Source: Adineta vaga (taxonomy: Eukaryota; Animalia; Rotifera). From it: a stretch of DNA of 64,000 bases. Numbering within the stretch: the stretch's first letter is position 1; each line of letters opens with the position of its first letter. This document shows positions 38,812-52,463 of this stretch, piece by piece. A program made the translations under genes and the position numbers. The stretch covers positions 6,510,001 through 6,574,000 of the forward strand of contig CP075497.1 of NCBI GenBank assembly GCA_021613535.1, written 5' to 3'. Below the pieces are notes generated by a model. It searched no databases, was not told the DNA's origin, and saw only the letters and a list, made by a program, of their open reading frames with translations.

Positions 38812-41145
38812 ATGGCACATCTTCTTGGAAGTAAAACATGTATCGATAGTTTACGTGTTGATATTGATGATTTACAAAATGTTGTTCATGATATTGTTGG
38901 AAAAACTGGATCAATTAAGTAGGAAACGAAATATTTACATTTGAAATTAGAAGAAAAAAAAACGTTTACGTTTACATATATAGATGTCATTCATGGAAAT
39001 TTCCGGATAAGATCGCAACAGATATTGATATCAAAGAATTACTTCAACGATATCAACATGGAAAACATGAAGTAGATAACCAAGTTTCACATATTGTTCT
39101 TTTTGAAATTATAATCGATCGGTTTGTATGATTAAATCTTCTAGTAATCTCGTTGATTACAATTTATTCTCTAGGCTTCTTCTTGTTTTACATGGATCTT
39201 GGCGTTATTTACATGAAATGCAAACAACTCTATTACCAAATACAATCGATTCATCATCAACTGTTACTCAACATTCAAATCTTAGTGTTGGATTAGTTGT
39301 AAAGAAATATTGGAATAAACTTTTACATTTATCTGTTGTGCTTCAACAACATGAGGTTCGAATGTAGTTTATGAATTCTATTCGTTCAATCAATAATCAA
39401 TCATTTTTCGTTTTAGAACGAACGTAAACGAACACTTACAAATGGAAATAAAACAGCACCACCTATTCGTTCAAAACCAAATTTAAATATTGAAAAACGT
39501 TCTCAAACAATCGAAACTTCACTCGGACCATGTCAATCATGTTTAAAACTTCAACAATGTCTTCGTGATCATGGCGATAGTCTAATTAATTTATGTCATA
39601 CATATAATTTACCTTCGTCACTTGCACAACATCGTTGTTCGACAACGGAAATATTCTCAACTGATGATGTCAATCATTGGTCAGATTGTCAAGCTAAAGA
39701 TATCGATCGTTTATCCAAACATCTTCAGTATTTAAACAATACATTGAATAAAACGAAAAGTGATTTACAATTAAATGAAAATCGTTGTAAGAAACAAGAT
39801 GAAACAAATCATCGTTTACAACAACAGATTAATGATGATAAACAATCGAAAAAAGTCTTACAAGAATTACATGATAAAAAAGTTAATGAATTAAAAAAAG
39901 ATTCGGATGTACAAGAAAAAAATCTCAATGAACAAATTCAATTCTTAACAAATCAAAAAATGAAACTTGAACAACAATTAAAAGAAGTCAATGATTTATG
40001 TTCATCGAGAAGTGAACAAATAGAAAAATTAGGTAAATTAGTTTTTGATTGATATTCCTCGGAGATTTCTAAAGAATAACTGTCAAAAATAAGAAATTCT
40101 AAAAGAATTTTTATCAGAGGAAACATGTCCTTGGAGTTTAATGATGTTTTCTATCGAAAAAAAATCAATTATTCGTGAATCAATTACTCTTTCCGATAAC
40201 TAAACTTGACATTTAAGATCGGAAGTTGTCAAGTACTATTAACACGAAGATTTGCTCTCGATAAAATCGATAATCTACTTCATCTATTCATCGAAATGAA
40301 ATTTTAATAATAACTTCTTTTTTTTTCTAATTTACATCTAGAAATATCAAAAAATGAATTGAAAACTTTAATTCAAGATCGATTTAAATCGGATGATGTG
40401 ATTAAAACATTGGAACAAGATCGTGTACGTTTACAAACTGAACTTGATTTAGTAAAACGTGATTTAGAAGAACGTAATAAAGATTTACAAAAAGAAAGAA
40501 CACGTATTGAAAATATGATTCGACAAGAACAAGTAAATTGAATAGGATGTGTTTTTGTTCTTATTTTCTTATTATTTGTTCTTTTAGAATTATCAATCAA
40601 AACAAAAAATATTGACAACATCATATGAAGAACTTACTCAAGAATATGAATTATTGAAGTATGTAGAATTGATGCTTTCGAAGAGAATAAATACAACGAT
40701 TATTTCCATTTAAATTAGAAAACAAGTCAACGATTTGGAAATCTCTCGAGATGAAGTCGAAAAGAAATTTGAAACTGTTCAAAAACAAAATCGATCAACT
40801 GTCGATACTCATCAAGTTCAATCATTAATGGAAACAAATAATCATTTACTTGAAGAAATTCATATGTTAAAATCAAATCTTCAACAATTTGATCAACAAC
40901 TTCATGAAATGGAAGAACGTGAACAAATGTTATTACAATATCCTGATCTCCATGGTCCTATTGATCATGAACCAAGTAGAAATTACTGAAATTTTATTTC
41001 TATAGATAATTCTTTTTTGATTCTCTAGCAACACATAATATCGCAATTGATATGCAAAATCAAATGCGTACGAATGAAATTCGTGTTGATTTATTACGAA
41101 AACAGAATGAATCATTAAAAAGATCTCTCGAGAAACTTTTATCAA

Positions 41146-41178
<33 letters not shown>

Positions 41179-42109
41179 TGTCATCAATCGTCACCGAAGA
41201 ACGTTATGAAGAATTAAGAACTCAATCAAGACAAGAAACAGCTCCCAGAAGATATTCATATGGAAATGAATCTGGCACACCGGTATATATTTTATTTTGT
41301 TTAATTATGAAAGGATCTAAGAATCGATTGCCTTTATTTTCAGAAATCAAAACCAACACCATTGTGGTTACTCAGTAATGAACTTGTTGAGCAACAAAAA
41401 CAACAAGCTTTTACAGAAACTAGGTAAACTATTATTTTGATGATAGAAAAAGATTGTAAACATCTTCTTTACTCAGACCTGCACCAACATCACAATATAT
41501 TCCACGTTTTAGTGAAAATGATTATGTGGCGAACGGTTGGATTAAATCAGATGCAGAGATTTTTCCTCTTCCACAATCGAATATCGATCGTGAAGTTTCA
41601 CCAAAACCACATGATCAATCATGGACAAGCAGTTCTACTCGTATTCAAACAACGTAAGTGTCCTTATTCTTCTTCACTTGATATTGTATCTCTTTTTTTC
41701 CCAGAGATTTAATGATTACATCAGAATCCCGTCCACCTACTGTTGCACATTCTACACGAAGTTCTAATAATGGTCGAACATCCACTATTCCTCCACCATC
41801 TGACTATGAAATGATCGTCGGTTCGTTTTCCTTCATTCGATCTTGAAAAGAAAAGAATATCCTTCGTTTGTTTCCTTCGTAGGTAAAGGTCGTATAACAA
41901 ATCGTCCAATATCAGCATCCAAAAATCGACCTGTACCAACAGATAGTACTCGTCGTGATACATCGTTACCAAAAAGTTCACGAACAATAACATCTGCTAA
42001 ACCGCAAAGATCTGCAACAAGTACAGCTCTACATCAATGTACTAATTGTAATAAAACATATGATGACAAACGAAATTATGATATACATAAATTATATTGT
42101 AGGACTTGA
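38812..42109 (+). CDS. CCDC157: Coiled-coil domain-containing protein 157
   Basis: N-terminus MAHLLGSKTCIDSLRVDIDDLQ...HSWKFPDKIATDIDI...SHIVLFEIIIDRLLLVL matches CCDC157. Long coiled coil with EREQMLLQYPDLH. C-terminal CxxC...H...C knuckle. Confidence 0.88.
41148..41177 (+). repeat. (AAT)10 coding trinucleotide repeat (poly-Asn in CCDC157)
   Basis: Direct reading of aat repeats in frame (MNNNNNNNNNNM). Confidence 0.85.
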
Positions 42110-42530
42110 AAGTCCATAAGCAAATATGTTTTTTTTCTTGTTTTAAAAATAAAAGCTTGTAAAGATTCAAATTTGATGTGTTGGATAAATTGTTAATAGA
42201 AGAAGGATTCTATTTTTAGTTCAATTAACTGTATATTCAACACTGTTATATAACAAGAATGTTTTAAAATCACTTGAATAAAACGAAATAAGAATCTTAA
42301 AATATACATCGTGAATTTAGCTAGATCAATTAGGACACTTCTTAGTAGCGTCATCTGTAAAGAAAATCTTCTCGTGAATTTTTTGAGAAATTAGAAAAAT
42401 CAATACTTCTACATATGTAATGATTAAAATCAATTTTGTACACATACTAAACAACACTTCAGGTAACAGCTAATCATGAGAAGGGCAACAGCAGTGACCG
42501 AGTGCATATAGAAATAAGCACATGTAATAC

Positions 42531-42540
42531 AACACGTGTT
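42531..42540. promoter_or_regulatory. Palindromic E-box/G-box AACACGTGTT
   Basis: Perfect 10-bp palindrome ~45 bp upstream of the hydrophilin-like ATG. Confidence 0.4.
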
Positions 42541-42582
42541 AGAATTAATTCAATCATTTTCCCATTTATATTGAATAAGAAA

Positions 42583-42931
42583 ATGTCTCAAACAAATCAT
42601 ACACAAGGTTCACATGGAAATATTGCTGGTAAAGGTGGTCGTGCTCGAGATGATCCCATTGGAACTGGTTAGTTTTAGGAAATAAATTATTCTATTCCAT
42701 AAGTATGTATTTAAAAATCTTTCTGTCTATTTTTGAGGTGGTAGCACGGCTGATGGCCAGCTGACTCATGAAGATCCTTTACAAGGTCTTGCTAACGCTC
42801 AAACAGGTGTTACTACAAAAAGTACAATTGGTTATTCAAGTAATCAAACACCAGGCGTTGTAACAAATCGTGGACAAGTTATATCAGATAACCAAGGTGG
42901 ATCGGCTTCTGATAATAACGCTCAACAATAA
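42583..42931 (+). CDS. 92-aa Gly/Gln/Thr/Asn-rich hydrophilin-like protein (not in ORF track)
   Basis: Exons 42583-42667 and 42738-42931 (gttag...ttttgag intron) give MSQTNHTQGSHGNIAGKGGRARDDPIGTGGSTADGQLTHEDPLQGLANAQTGVTTKSTIGYSSNQTPGVVTNRGQVISDNQGGSASDNNAQQ. Locally raised GC. AATAAA downstream at ~42985. Confidence 0.75.
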
Positions 42932-43041
42932 GGTCAATCAGTGCAATTTTGTTTTATTTTGGTTTTTGGGAGTTATAAGATAAAATAAATTTATTCTAGC
43001 AGTTAATTTCTATCAATTTTCAATAGTTTCTGTGTAGATGT

Positions 43042-44967
43042 TCAGAAAGAAGAAGAACCTGTTCTTTCTAGTGTTTGTTGTTGATTGAATACTGTTAATG
43101 TTCCCTTCCATAACTTCTGAAATTCACCTCTGATTAAACCTGTAAGACTCGTTGATATTAATAATGTCGAATAAATCATGACTGATGATAATTGATCATA
43201 TTTACTATAGATCATAATAATAAATGAGATGAAAAATGAAATAATGTAAATGATCAATGCTTGAATATAATAAATTCGAAAACGAATATTATTTCCAATA
43301 TCAAACAATCGACAAAAGTTAATCAATAACGAAGGAAAAATAATATCATCCATTGATAAATAGATTCGACCTGTATGAATACCACATCTTTTCAAAAAAA
43401 AACAAATAATCAACTTCATGTCCTATCATTTCTCATCCTACTGATCATTTTGTTGTGTCCATCGAAAAAAACTAAATATCAATGGTAAATTTTCTTGTAC
43501 AATCCATTTCAATGTATTTCTCTTGAATGAATGCATACTTCCACCACTGAACAAACAATCAAAACCACTATTTTCAAACTAAATCAAATCGAAATAGTTC
43601 TCTCAAATCATTTATTTATTCTTACTAACCATATTCACATACAAGTGTCGTATAAATTCGTTTTCATGAATTTTATCATTATTTCTTTTCCACAAATTCA
43701 TTGGTAATTTTGCATCTATCATAATCAAATTTCTTCTAAATTCATCTACTATTCCTAAAATCAAATGAATTTGATTTCTCGTTAATCTTACGAAAAAAAA
43801 CATTCTTACCTTTCCAAATTAGAAATATGAAATCAAATAAAATGAGAAAACTATAAATACACATACATATCATTAGATTTCCAACTCGCATTTGCGCAAT
43901 AAACACTATGGTCATACAGAAAATAATAAAATTTGTAAATATATATCCAACCATTGTCAATCGATGTAAATACCATATTATAACCATGGAAAAAGCGATG
44001 AACATCAGGATTATATGATACCATGGATGCATCTTGAAATCCTTACCTTTAAATTTTTGATAGATTTTATTAAATAATAAAGAATAAACGTTTTGAAAAC
44101 AAAAATAAATTAGAAATATTGAAGTGATGATAAAACCAACTAAATAGATTTGTTGGATTAATATTGGTAGATAACGATCAATAATAAAACAGATTATAAA
44201 CCAAATGAATAACAAAAAACCAATAATAAATCCATCTTTATAATTATTTGAGGGTATGAATGAACAGTTTTGATAGTAATTCATGATTTTTGTCGTAAAA
44301 ATCTGTCGATGCCATTCATTACCAATCAACATACAAAGAAGTACGAGAGTAATAATAAGAAATATTGATGGATCGAATTGATTCTTATTACGATTAAGAC
44401 GATATAAGAAAGTATTTGATTGCTTAGGAACTAAACGAATGACTTCATTCGCATTTATAAAACCAAAAATATTTTGATTAGATTCAAATGAAAATGACAA
44501 AGAAGATTTTAGTTGATCATGTAAATAAGTTAATAAAAATTGCTCAAATCTTTCACTACGATGATTTACTTCGAGAAGAAATCAACAATCAAAATATTGA
44601 ATTTGAGAATTTTTTATATACCTGAGAATAAAATACCAAAATAAGTTGATAGCCAATCGATATCTCTTAACATGATCAATTGTTGAATGAGAGAACAATT
44701 TTCTAATAATTGTATAATTAATAATTCCTTCGAAATTTTCGATGGCTGATGAACTAATCCTGCATGTGTTGTATTCAAATCACAGATTGATAAATCCTTT
44801 ATGACTCGAAACGTGACTTGAAATTCATATGTTTCTGTCGGTAGAATCGATTCATATAAATAGATACAAATTGGCTTGGATTGATCTTGAAAACCAATTT
44901 GACTAATCGAATTTTCTACGTATGAAGTACAGAGAATCATACAAACAACAAACAATGGATATAACAT
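43042..44967 (-). CDS. Divergent signal peptide peptidase-like (SPPL2-like, peptidase A22B) multipass protein
   Basis: Signal peptide, PA-like lumenal domain (LENCSLIQQL), FDPS linker, many TM helices, ENLPL, IYLSMDDIIFPSLLINFCRLFD, LIRGEFQKLWKG. These follow SPPL2 order but the catalytic motifs are degenerate. Confidence 0.72.
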
Positions 44968-45146
44968 TTGTTTAATTAACTTCTATGACTCATACGAATG
45001 ATGATTTATTAAAGTAACATTAATATGACATCGAAATAAGTATCAAAGATAGATTAAATGATGGAATTGACAATAAAAAAAAAGGAACAGGATATTTATT
45101 TTAAAGATTTAGATTACAAAATCTCATCTAATTTTGAGAAAAAAGT

Positions 45147-46510
45147 TCAATCATCGTCATCATCATCATCATCATCTAGTGTATTTATATTTGAATTGTC
45201 ACTGTCGATATTTGATTCCTCTTGCTCTTCAAAAGAACGTTTATGTGTAACAAATGAGGATGCTGATAAAGTATTTGTCGGTGTTAATGATGATGAGGAT
45301 GAAGATGCTGCTGTTGAATGAAGACGAATATGTTTATTTAGATTTGATGGATCACTAAATGGTCGAAAACAAACTCGACATTGTAATGGTTTATATCCTG
45401 TATGAGTGCGAAGATGAATTTTTAAACCATATTTACGATTATAAACCTAAAATTCAGCGAATAATGATGTTTAGTCGAATTAGATATGAAGTATTTACTT
45501 TGCCACAGAAAAGACATAGATGTGCTTTACGTTGTCTTCCATCATTATCTAAAGAGGTAAATTCTAATGCATGTGTACCATCGAGAACACTCATTTTATA
45601 TGATGAGACATCATTTGTTGAGAATGCGAGTGGTGGTTGAGGCGGTGGTGGTTGTTGCTGCTGATGATCTTTTTCTTTCATATCCTCGTTCTTTTGATTT
45701 TCATTAATATTTGAACTAGAACGAGGAGACGACGATGAAGAAGATCGTTTTATAGATGAAAAATCCATTAAACGCTTTTTTGTTGGAGATGTATGAACAA
45801 AGATTCGTTCACTTAAATTTAAATTTAAATTCAGTGCTGGTGGTGTTGGATCCTGACATTGATCAAGAAGAACATGTGCAACAAGAACATTCAAATAATT
45901 TTGTTCGATTTTACATCGAGGACATCGTGTTGCTAACAAAACAAAAAGAACTCGATTAGTGAAAAGAAAAACGATGAATCAAATCTTACATTTGAGTAGT
46001 TCTTCAACTTTGAAAACTTTGGTTAATTTAATTTTTTCACATATTGTACGAAGTTGTGGAAGACTAAACCAAGCAAGAAGTGGCTCATCAGGAACAACTA
46101 AACGAGTAGTACGAAAACCGAATAAATTCGTTTCAGTCGATTGAAATAATTCGATATTTTGCTCGTCTGGTGTACGAGCACTTTTAATAGCTAAAATCCA
46201 TTCTTGAAATAATCCCGGTCCAATTAAATGTTGATTCCAACCATGAATCTATGAATAGATATAGATATTTTAGAATGATTCTATTTGATAGAACATTGTT
46301 ACTTACCGGGATTCTATTATAATGTTGATTATGATCATAGAAGTCCGTTAGAAGAAAATTATAGGGTAATTGATGAAGAAGATAAACTACTGAACCTTCT
46401 TTCAGTGTTGTACCAGCTACTGCTAAAGGTTTAACAGTTGTTGTTAATGGGAAATTTCCAGTGCTATTCGCATATTTAGCAATTGGTTTGATTATTTTAA
46501 CATCCGACAT
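45147..46510 (-). CDS. PRDM13: PR/SET-domain zinc finger protein, PRDM13-like
   Basis: Degenerate PR domain (LVFRTTRLVVPDEPLLAWF), CPRC...H finger, then HLCLFCGK|VYNRKYGLKIHLRTHTGYKPLQCRVCFRPFSDPSNLNKHIRLH, near-identical to the PRDM13 fingers. Poly-D tail. Confidence 0.85.
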
Positions 46511-48186
46511 ATTTGCTGTCAACTCAGCAGGAGAATATTTATCGAATGAAATGATATATATGATATGACCAATTGTATATAGGTATGTGACAAGTATTGA
46601 CAGGTGAAAGAACAGATTTTTTTTCTTCTCTTTTCTTTTCTTTCCTTTTTTTGAATTTGTCTTCTCTATATCTTTGTTGCTCTCTTCAGATTATATACCA
46701 ATCAGAGACGAGAGAAATCAAATAGACGAAAGAACGAAGTTACCATTGGGGAAAAAGGTATTTTGATGGTGTCAATCATCAAGTATGTATGCAGAGACAC
46801 TATTGATTCAGTCCAACATTACTAATAAAACAATGAATAGAAAAGAATGAATATATGTTAAGAGAAACGTACGGAAGTCATGCAACTGTTCTGCTTCTGT
46901 CTTCGTACACAACTTAACTTGTTACCATAGAAATTCATTTATCAACGAGTCAAATTTCATTCGAGTAGAAAGAAATATGTTCCATCATCATTTGTCTCTT
47001 TCTCCTCCTCTTTCTTCTTCATTTCTGTTTTGGTTTGATTGTTCCTGTCTAATGACCAAAGACAATTTAATTGGCATTGAACACATTGTCATTTATCGTT
47101 TTCACACCTCTCTAAACTCATAATTACCTTGTAAAGGAAGACTAAGACATTCAATTCTATCATTCGATTCAATACACTAAAATGATAAGCTGAAAATACG
47201 TTTAACTATAGAAGAAAACAAAAGGAAAAAGACCGCAAGAAAACGACAGCCGATGTTTTTCTCATCATTGATTTAGATACTAATTATAATAGACACGTGT
47301 GGCTTGCTGTTCCGATCTACGGATTTCTTCTTCTTCTTCGTCGTCGTCTTCTTTTTACTTCAGTTGTACATCCAATCCAATGATGAGCATACTCTTGGGT
47401 CTTCTTTCTATTGTTCATTCACCTCACTTGAACAAGATTAGACGACAAACAAACAGCACGTGTGCGTTCTTTCTCTCTACTTAATATGTTTCGATTAGCG
47501 CACTTTTTTTTTTGAAATGTACAAAAAGTGTTTTCGTTACCTCTCTATCATCGAATGTATGATGAGCGACTCACTTCTTTTTGTTACAAGTGGAGGATCA
47601 ACATGGACAATTGTTTTGATCTTGTACTCATCTTGCTACTATTTATTGACAGAAGAATGATGAAATTGACATAACAGATTAAATAAAAACCGATAGAAAT
47701 GTTTCCAACTGTTTGATTACCTTTCAAAAGCATTCATCATTATAACGGTTATTTATATTGATGAAAAAATCTGTATTCTTACAATAGAAGAAAAATCAAA
47801 TCTGAATGTACTTGAATGTTAGAGATGATTTCTATTATGCTCTATTGAGTTTTTAATATCGACGCTTATCAAATTGACTTGTCATTAACAATGTAACATC
47901 GGAAAAGTTAGAAACGAATGGAAGCAAAACTTTTTATCATTGACCTAAAAAAATGTCTTCTTTCAGTAGAATGTTATTCTACAATAAATATTGAATATAT
48001 TCTCCAGAAGACATCAGACCTTGATAAATCAAAGAAGTAAACGTTTGACAACATTAATCAACAATGTATTTTTGTTTTGTTCAAGAACATCATTAGGTAG
48101 TTATCATACAGAAGAAATACATAAAAAAATCGAAAAGAAAAGAATATAAATATCTTCAAACTAATAAAAACGTGACTTTTTTTTTC

Positions 48187-49089
48187 TTATGAGTAACATG
48201 AATAAGTTTGACAAGCTTCGCACAATGTGGAATGATGTTGAGAATGCATATTACCTCTTCGTTGGATTAAACGTTGTATGGATTGAGTACCATTATGTGT
48301 TATATCCCAATAGATCGATGAAACTGAATCCGGAAAGAAACATTCACAAATTGTTTTTGCTAATTTTTTCATCACTCGACATATTTCATCTAGGAAATAA
48401 AATATTCTGAACGGAAGAAAAGGAACTTTTCATTGAAAACCATACCGAAATACCACAATGGATGAACACTTGAATAACAATATTGACATTGTTGCGTATA
48501 TAGTCTCAATAAAACAATACCGCCTTCATTAGGCTTCGAAATATAAAATGTACAACGTGCGCGCATTGATGTCCAACAATGTCCACACGTATCACATTTA
48601 AATTGTGCTTTAGCATTCTCTGATTGCGTCAATGAATAGAAGGCATTTAATACACGAGGACATATGAACCGTGCGTCATAAGGTATAAGACGATAGTCAA
48701 CATGATATATCATAGCTGTTGCCATGATCAATCGACCGAATTCACCATGCCAAGCCCAAACGGTATTTTCACAAAAATATTTTTTATCATCATCACGAAT
48801 AACTGCTGCTCTTTGAGCTGAAGAGAAAAAGAAAAAAGCAGATCAAAACGACTTTTGTTCATCATTTATTCTAATACATACCATCATCAGTAATTGTTAT
48901 TGTTGATGAATAAATTGGATCAATAGAATCGAAATCAAATTCATTCGAAAAATCACTATCCTTCTCATCACTCTCATCATAACTTATACCAGAATCGTTT
49001 GGTGTAAAATGAAACTTGAAATCTTTATTGTCGACAACGACATGACTATGATCGTTCGAAGATTGTGGATATGATTGAAATTGTTGCAT
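48187..49089 (-). CDS. 3CxxC zinc-binding domain protein (RTP/receptor-transporting-protein-like)
   Basis: Three exons. AKAQFKCDTCGHCWTS, LRLYTQQCQYC, P-WY, HHSTLCEACQTYSC follow the zf-3CxxC pattern. Acidic N-terminus, no TM anchor. Confidence 0.85.
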
Positions 49090-50480
49090 TGCAAATGCAA
49101 TTTTGTTTAAGAAGTGATTGTAGATGTGCGAAGACGAATAATAGATGGAAATGATCTGTATTTACAAATGAGAGATAACGAAATCTATTTTTTCTTTTTT
49201 CATTCCTTTTCCAAATCTATAAAAACGGTTGATTTATTTTGAATTTTATCGATCATATAGAACAAAGCACTCAAAGAGTTCACGTGTTTTTCGTCATGAA
49301 AATTTATTTCCATTCTAATACATCTATATATAATTATTATTATAGAAAAATCTTTATTCGTTTATTGTCTGTTTTGACAAAGACGACTTCTTTCCGCATG
49401 ATTATAATCATGAGCTGCCAATGCTAACATATAAAGAACATTAGGTAATTCATTTGGTCGTACAATAGATACTAGTTGAACTCGAATTCGTGCAAGAACA
49501 TTATATGAAATCGAAAACGATAAGTCGGAAAACTTTGACTGATTTTACACTGTATCCATTGATTAATCGGAAGATCATAGATTTGTATATCAGCATCATA
49601 TACTATGGCAAAAGAAAAATATAGACAAAGTCTTTGAATAGTGAAATCTTATTCCATGGTAACCAACGATTTCGAAGTGATGCGACCATTTGTTTTCCAG
49701 GATATGCATGAAGTTCTGTTGATTGAGTTATGTCATATCGTAATTCCAAGCGAGATAGAGTAAATTTCGTTCTGATTGATCATAAACAGAAAATTCACCT
49801 GTTTTGACTCCAGAAAAAAATCTTTTTGAATTATATATTGACGAAAAGTTCATTGCGTACGTATATTTGGAAATAGAAGACAAATGAATACAAGAACAAT
49901 TGCATTTATTAACATCTTATTAGATAGTCAACTGATACATTTTCCAGGAAGAACTCTTCTGTATAATTGACATATGTGGAAAAGAAACATTCGAATTGAA
50001 AAGTGTCTTTCATCAAAAAATTATACTCGATGATGAAGAATATATTTACATAAAAAAAAAGAACTTTATTGTTTTTCTTCCTTGAAAGTCTTATTATATT
50101 CAATTCTTTAATAAGAAGTTCAACTGTCATTGGAATTCATATGCTTCTTTCATTGACTATTATTTGTCTTATTGTGATTGATCAATATTTGATAAGCAAT
50201 TTGAGTTTTTTTTTTGAGTTAGACAACAGTGAATATGTACTTCAATTCACTCATCATAGAAAACTATTAGGTAAACATCTTGTCGAAGAATTGTACATAA
50301 TAAAATCAAACAGATTTCATACAATAAATGAATCACTGTATTATATTCGATAAATTCTCGTTTGTTTTTATTTAATCATCATGTACTATAGAATAAGACA
50401 ATAAAAATGTTTTAAATATATCTCAAGTTCGACTTAATCGGAAGGCAAATCACAACAATCAAAAAACTGTAATAAAATAT

Positions 50481-52254
50481 CTATTTTTGAACAAATGTAA
50501 ATCCTTCTTTTCCTAAATGATCTAATAAAACTGTGCGTCCAAATGCAGCTCCTGGTGTTAAAACTCCACCTCTACAAAAGAAAGCATCGAATTGAAATCA
50601 ATAAACATATTCTCTTACTTCACTGGTAAATGGTCGTTCTCTTTAATTAACATCGTTGCACAAGCAACTAACATTTTCGATGTTCCAAGATATCCAGGAT
50701 CAGGTCCAGCAAATTCATGAATTAATTTCTGATTATTTTCTGTATGCGTTAAAAATGTCATTTTAAATGTTGTATGTTCACACTAGAAAGTATAAAAGAA
50801 AATTAAGAATATAAAAGAAAATTGTTTTTTTTTGCTGAGTTTACATCTTGTCGTGAAGGTCCTTCTTTAGTTACTAATCCATTGGAAAACAGACCGGGAA
50901 ACTAAATAAAAGAATTCAATTATGAAAGAGTAGGAGTTTGATATAATCAATACTTTGAGTAATAATTGAACACCGAATTGAAATTTTGCAAAAATAGAAA
51001 ATATTAAACCAAAAAAGACAAGTTTAATGGTTGAAATGAATGATGGCATTTGAAGATAAGGTTGAAAACGAATCTAAAAGAAAACATTTTCTATGCTTTA
51101 ATATTGAATGAAAAAGTTTTTCTTTACTGGTTTTTTCTCTAATTTTGTATAATTAAAATATTGTGTACGTTGAACAACAGATTTATCACTACCTGGAAAT
51201 GGTACTGCCCAAATAGGTTTTCCTTGAATATTTGTTTTAAAGATAGGTTTTCTAAGTCAAACTTTAAAAAAACATCAAATCTATTTTAATTCAATAATAC
51301 CGGTGAATTTTAAGTTTTGGATATGGTAATTTTTGTTGAAATAATTGTCGACGAAGATTTTTTAATTCATTTGCGTGAGAAAATCCATAAACAGCTGATT
51401 CCCATGTTGCATAGTGAATCAATCCACTCTGAAACAAAGAAAAGCAATCATTTAAATGCTCTTTTCATTTAAAATTTCTTATACGGTGATTGTTTCATAT
51501 TTCATTGTAAGGAAACTTTCAATCAATGAAATGTCTAAATAAGATTTAATGATTCAGTTAATTGTTACATTAAAATAATAAATACCAAGATTCTTTTGTT
51601 CACATTCTTGACGAATAGCTTCGACACCAGCATCAGCAACAAGTGAATCAAAACCACAACTACCAACTATAACAACTTCACGTTCAGCAGCTTGACTATC
51701 ATATCGAAGTTGCATTGTTTCAAGAAACTATAATATAAATATATTAAACTTCAATTATTGATTCTATCTTCTTCTTCTTTTTTACTTGTGGTTCACCACT
51801 AATATCAATATAATGTGTACGTGCTTCGAGACAAGCTTGAACTACTGGTTCACCATAATGTCGATACTAGAAATACTCATTTAGAAATCTATTAAACTCT
51901 TCTTCGATTACATACAGGTCCAACACAATTTATTAAAACTTTTGCTCGAGCACACATATTCACTAATGATTGTTGGTTGGTAATATTTGCGCTAATCGTA
52001 TCAATAGTTGAACTAAGATTTTCAATACCTAGAGAATGATATAGATAAGATAGTCTATTGAATGTTGGAAATTTCACTTTCACACCCGTAATATTTGATG
52101 CTTGTTGAAGACCTTGTTTTAATTTCTCAATTGTTCGTCCAGCAACACCCCATTTTAGACTTATTTGTTTTCCTTTTCTTGCCATTTCTTCGATGACATA
52201 CTGGCCAGTATAACCAGTTGCACCAAAAATTAGTATATCAAGTCGACTTGACAT
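50481..52254 (-). CDS. SCCPDH: Saccharopine dehydrogenase-like oxidoreductase
   Basis: LDILIFGATGYTG, WGVAGR, VLINCVGPYRHYGEPVV, YIDISGEP, GSCGFDS, GPDPGY, GGVLTPGAAF. Stop TAG at 50481. Confidence 0.92.
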
Positions 52255-52463
52255 CGAAATGTATCACTCGTTAGTAATTCAATCTAGAGTAGAATGTTGT
52301 TTTTAACAACATCAACATATTTACATGTAAATGACTAAGATAAGTTTATTTGAAATGCTCTTCGATCACAATTATCTGTTGGAATTAAATCATTCTTGAG
52401 AAAAGCTCGATTAAAATGAAACAGAGAAAAGTCTTTTGCTTGATGGTTGTCTCAAAGCATAAT

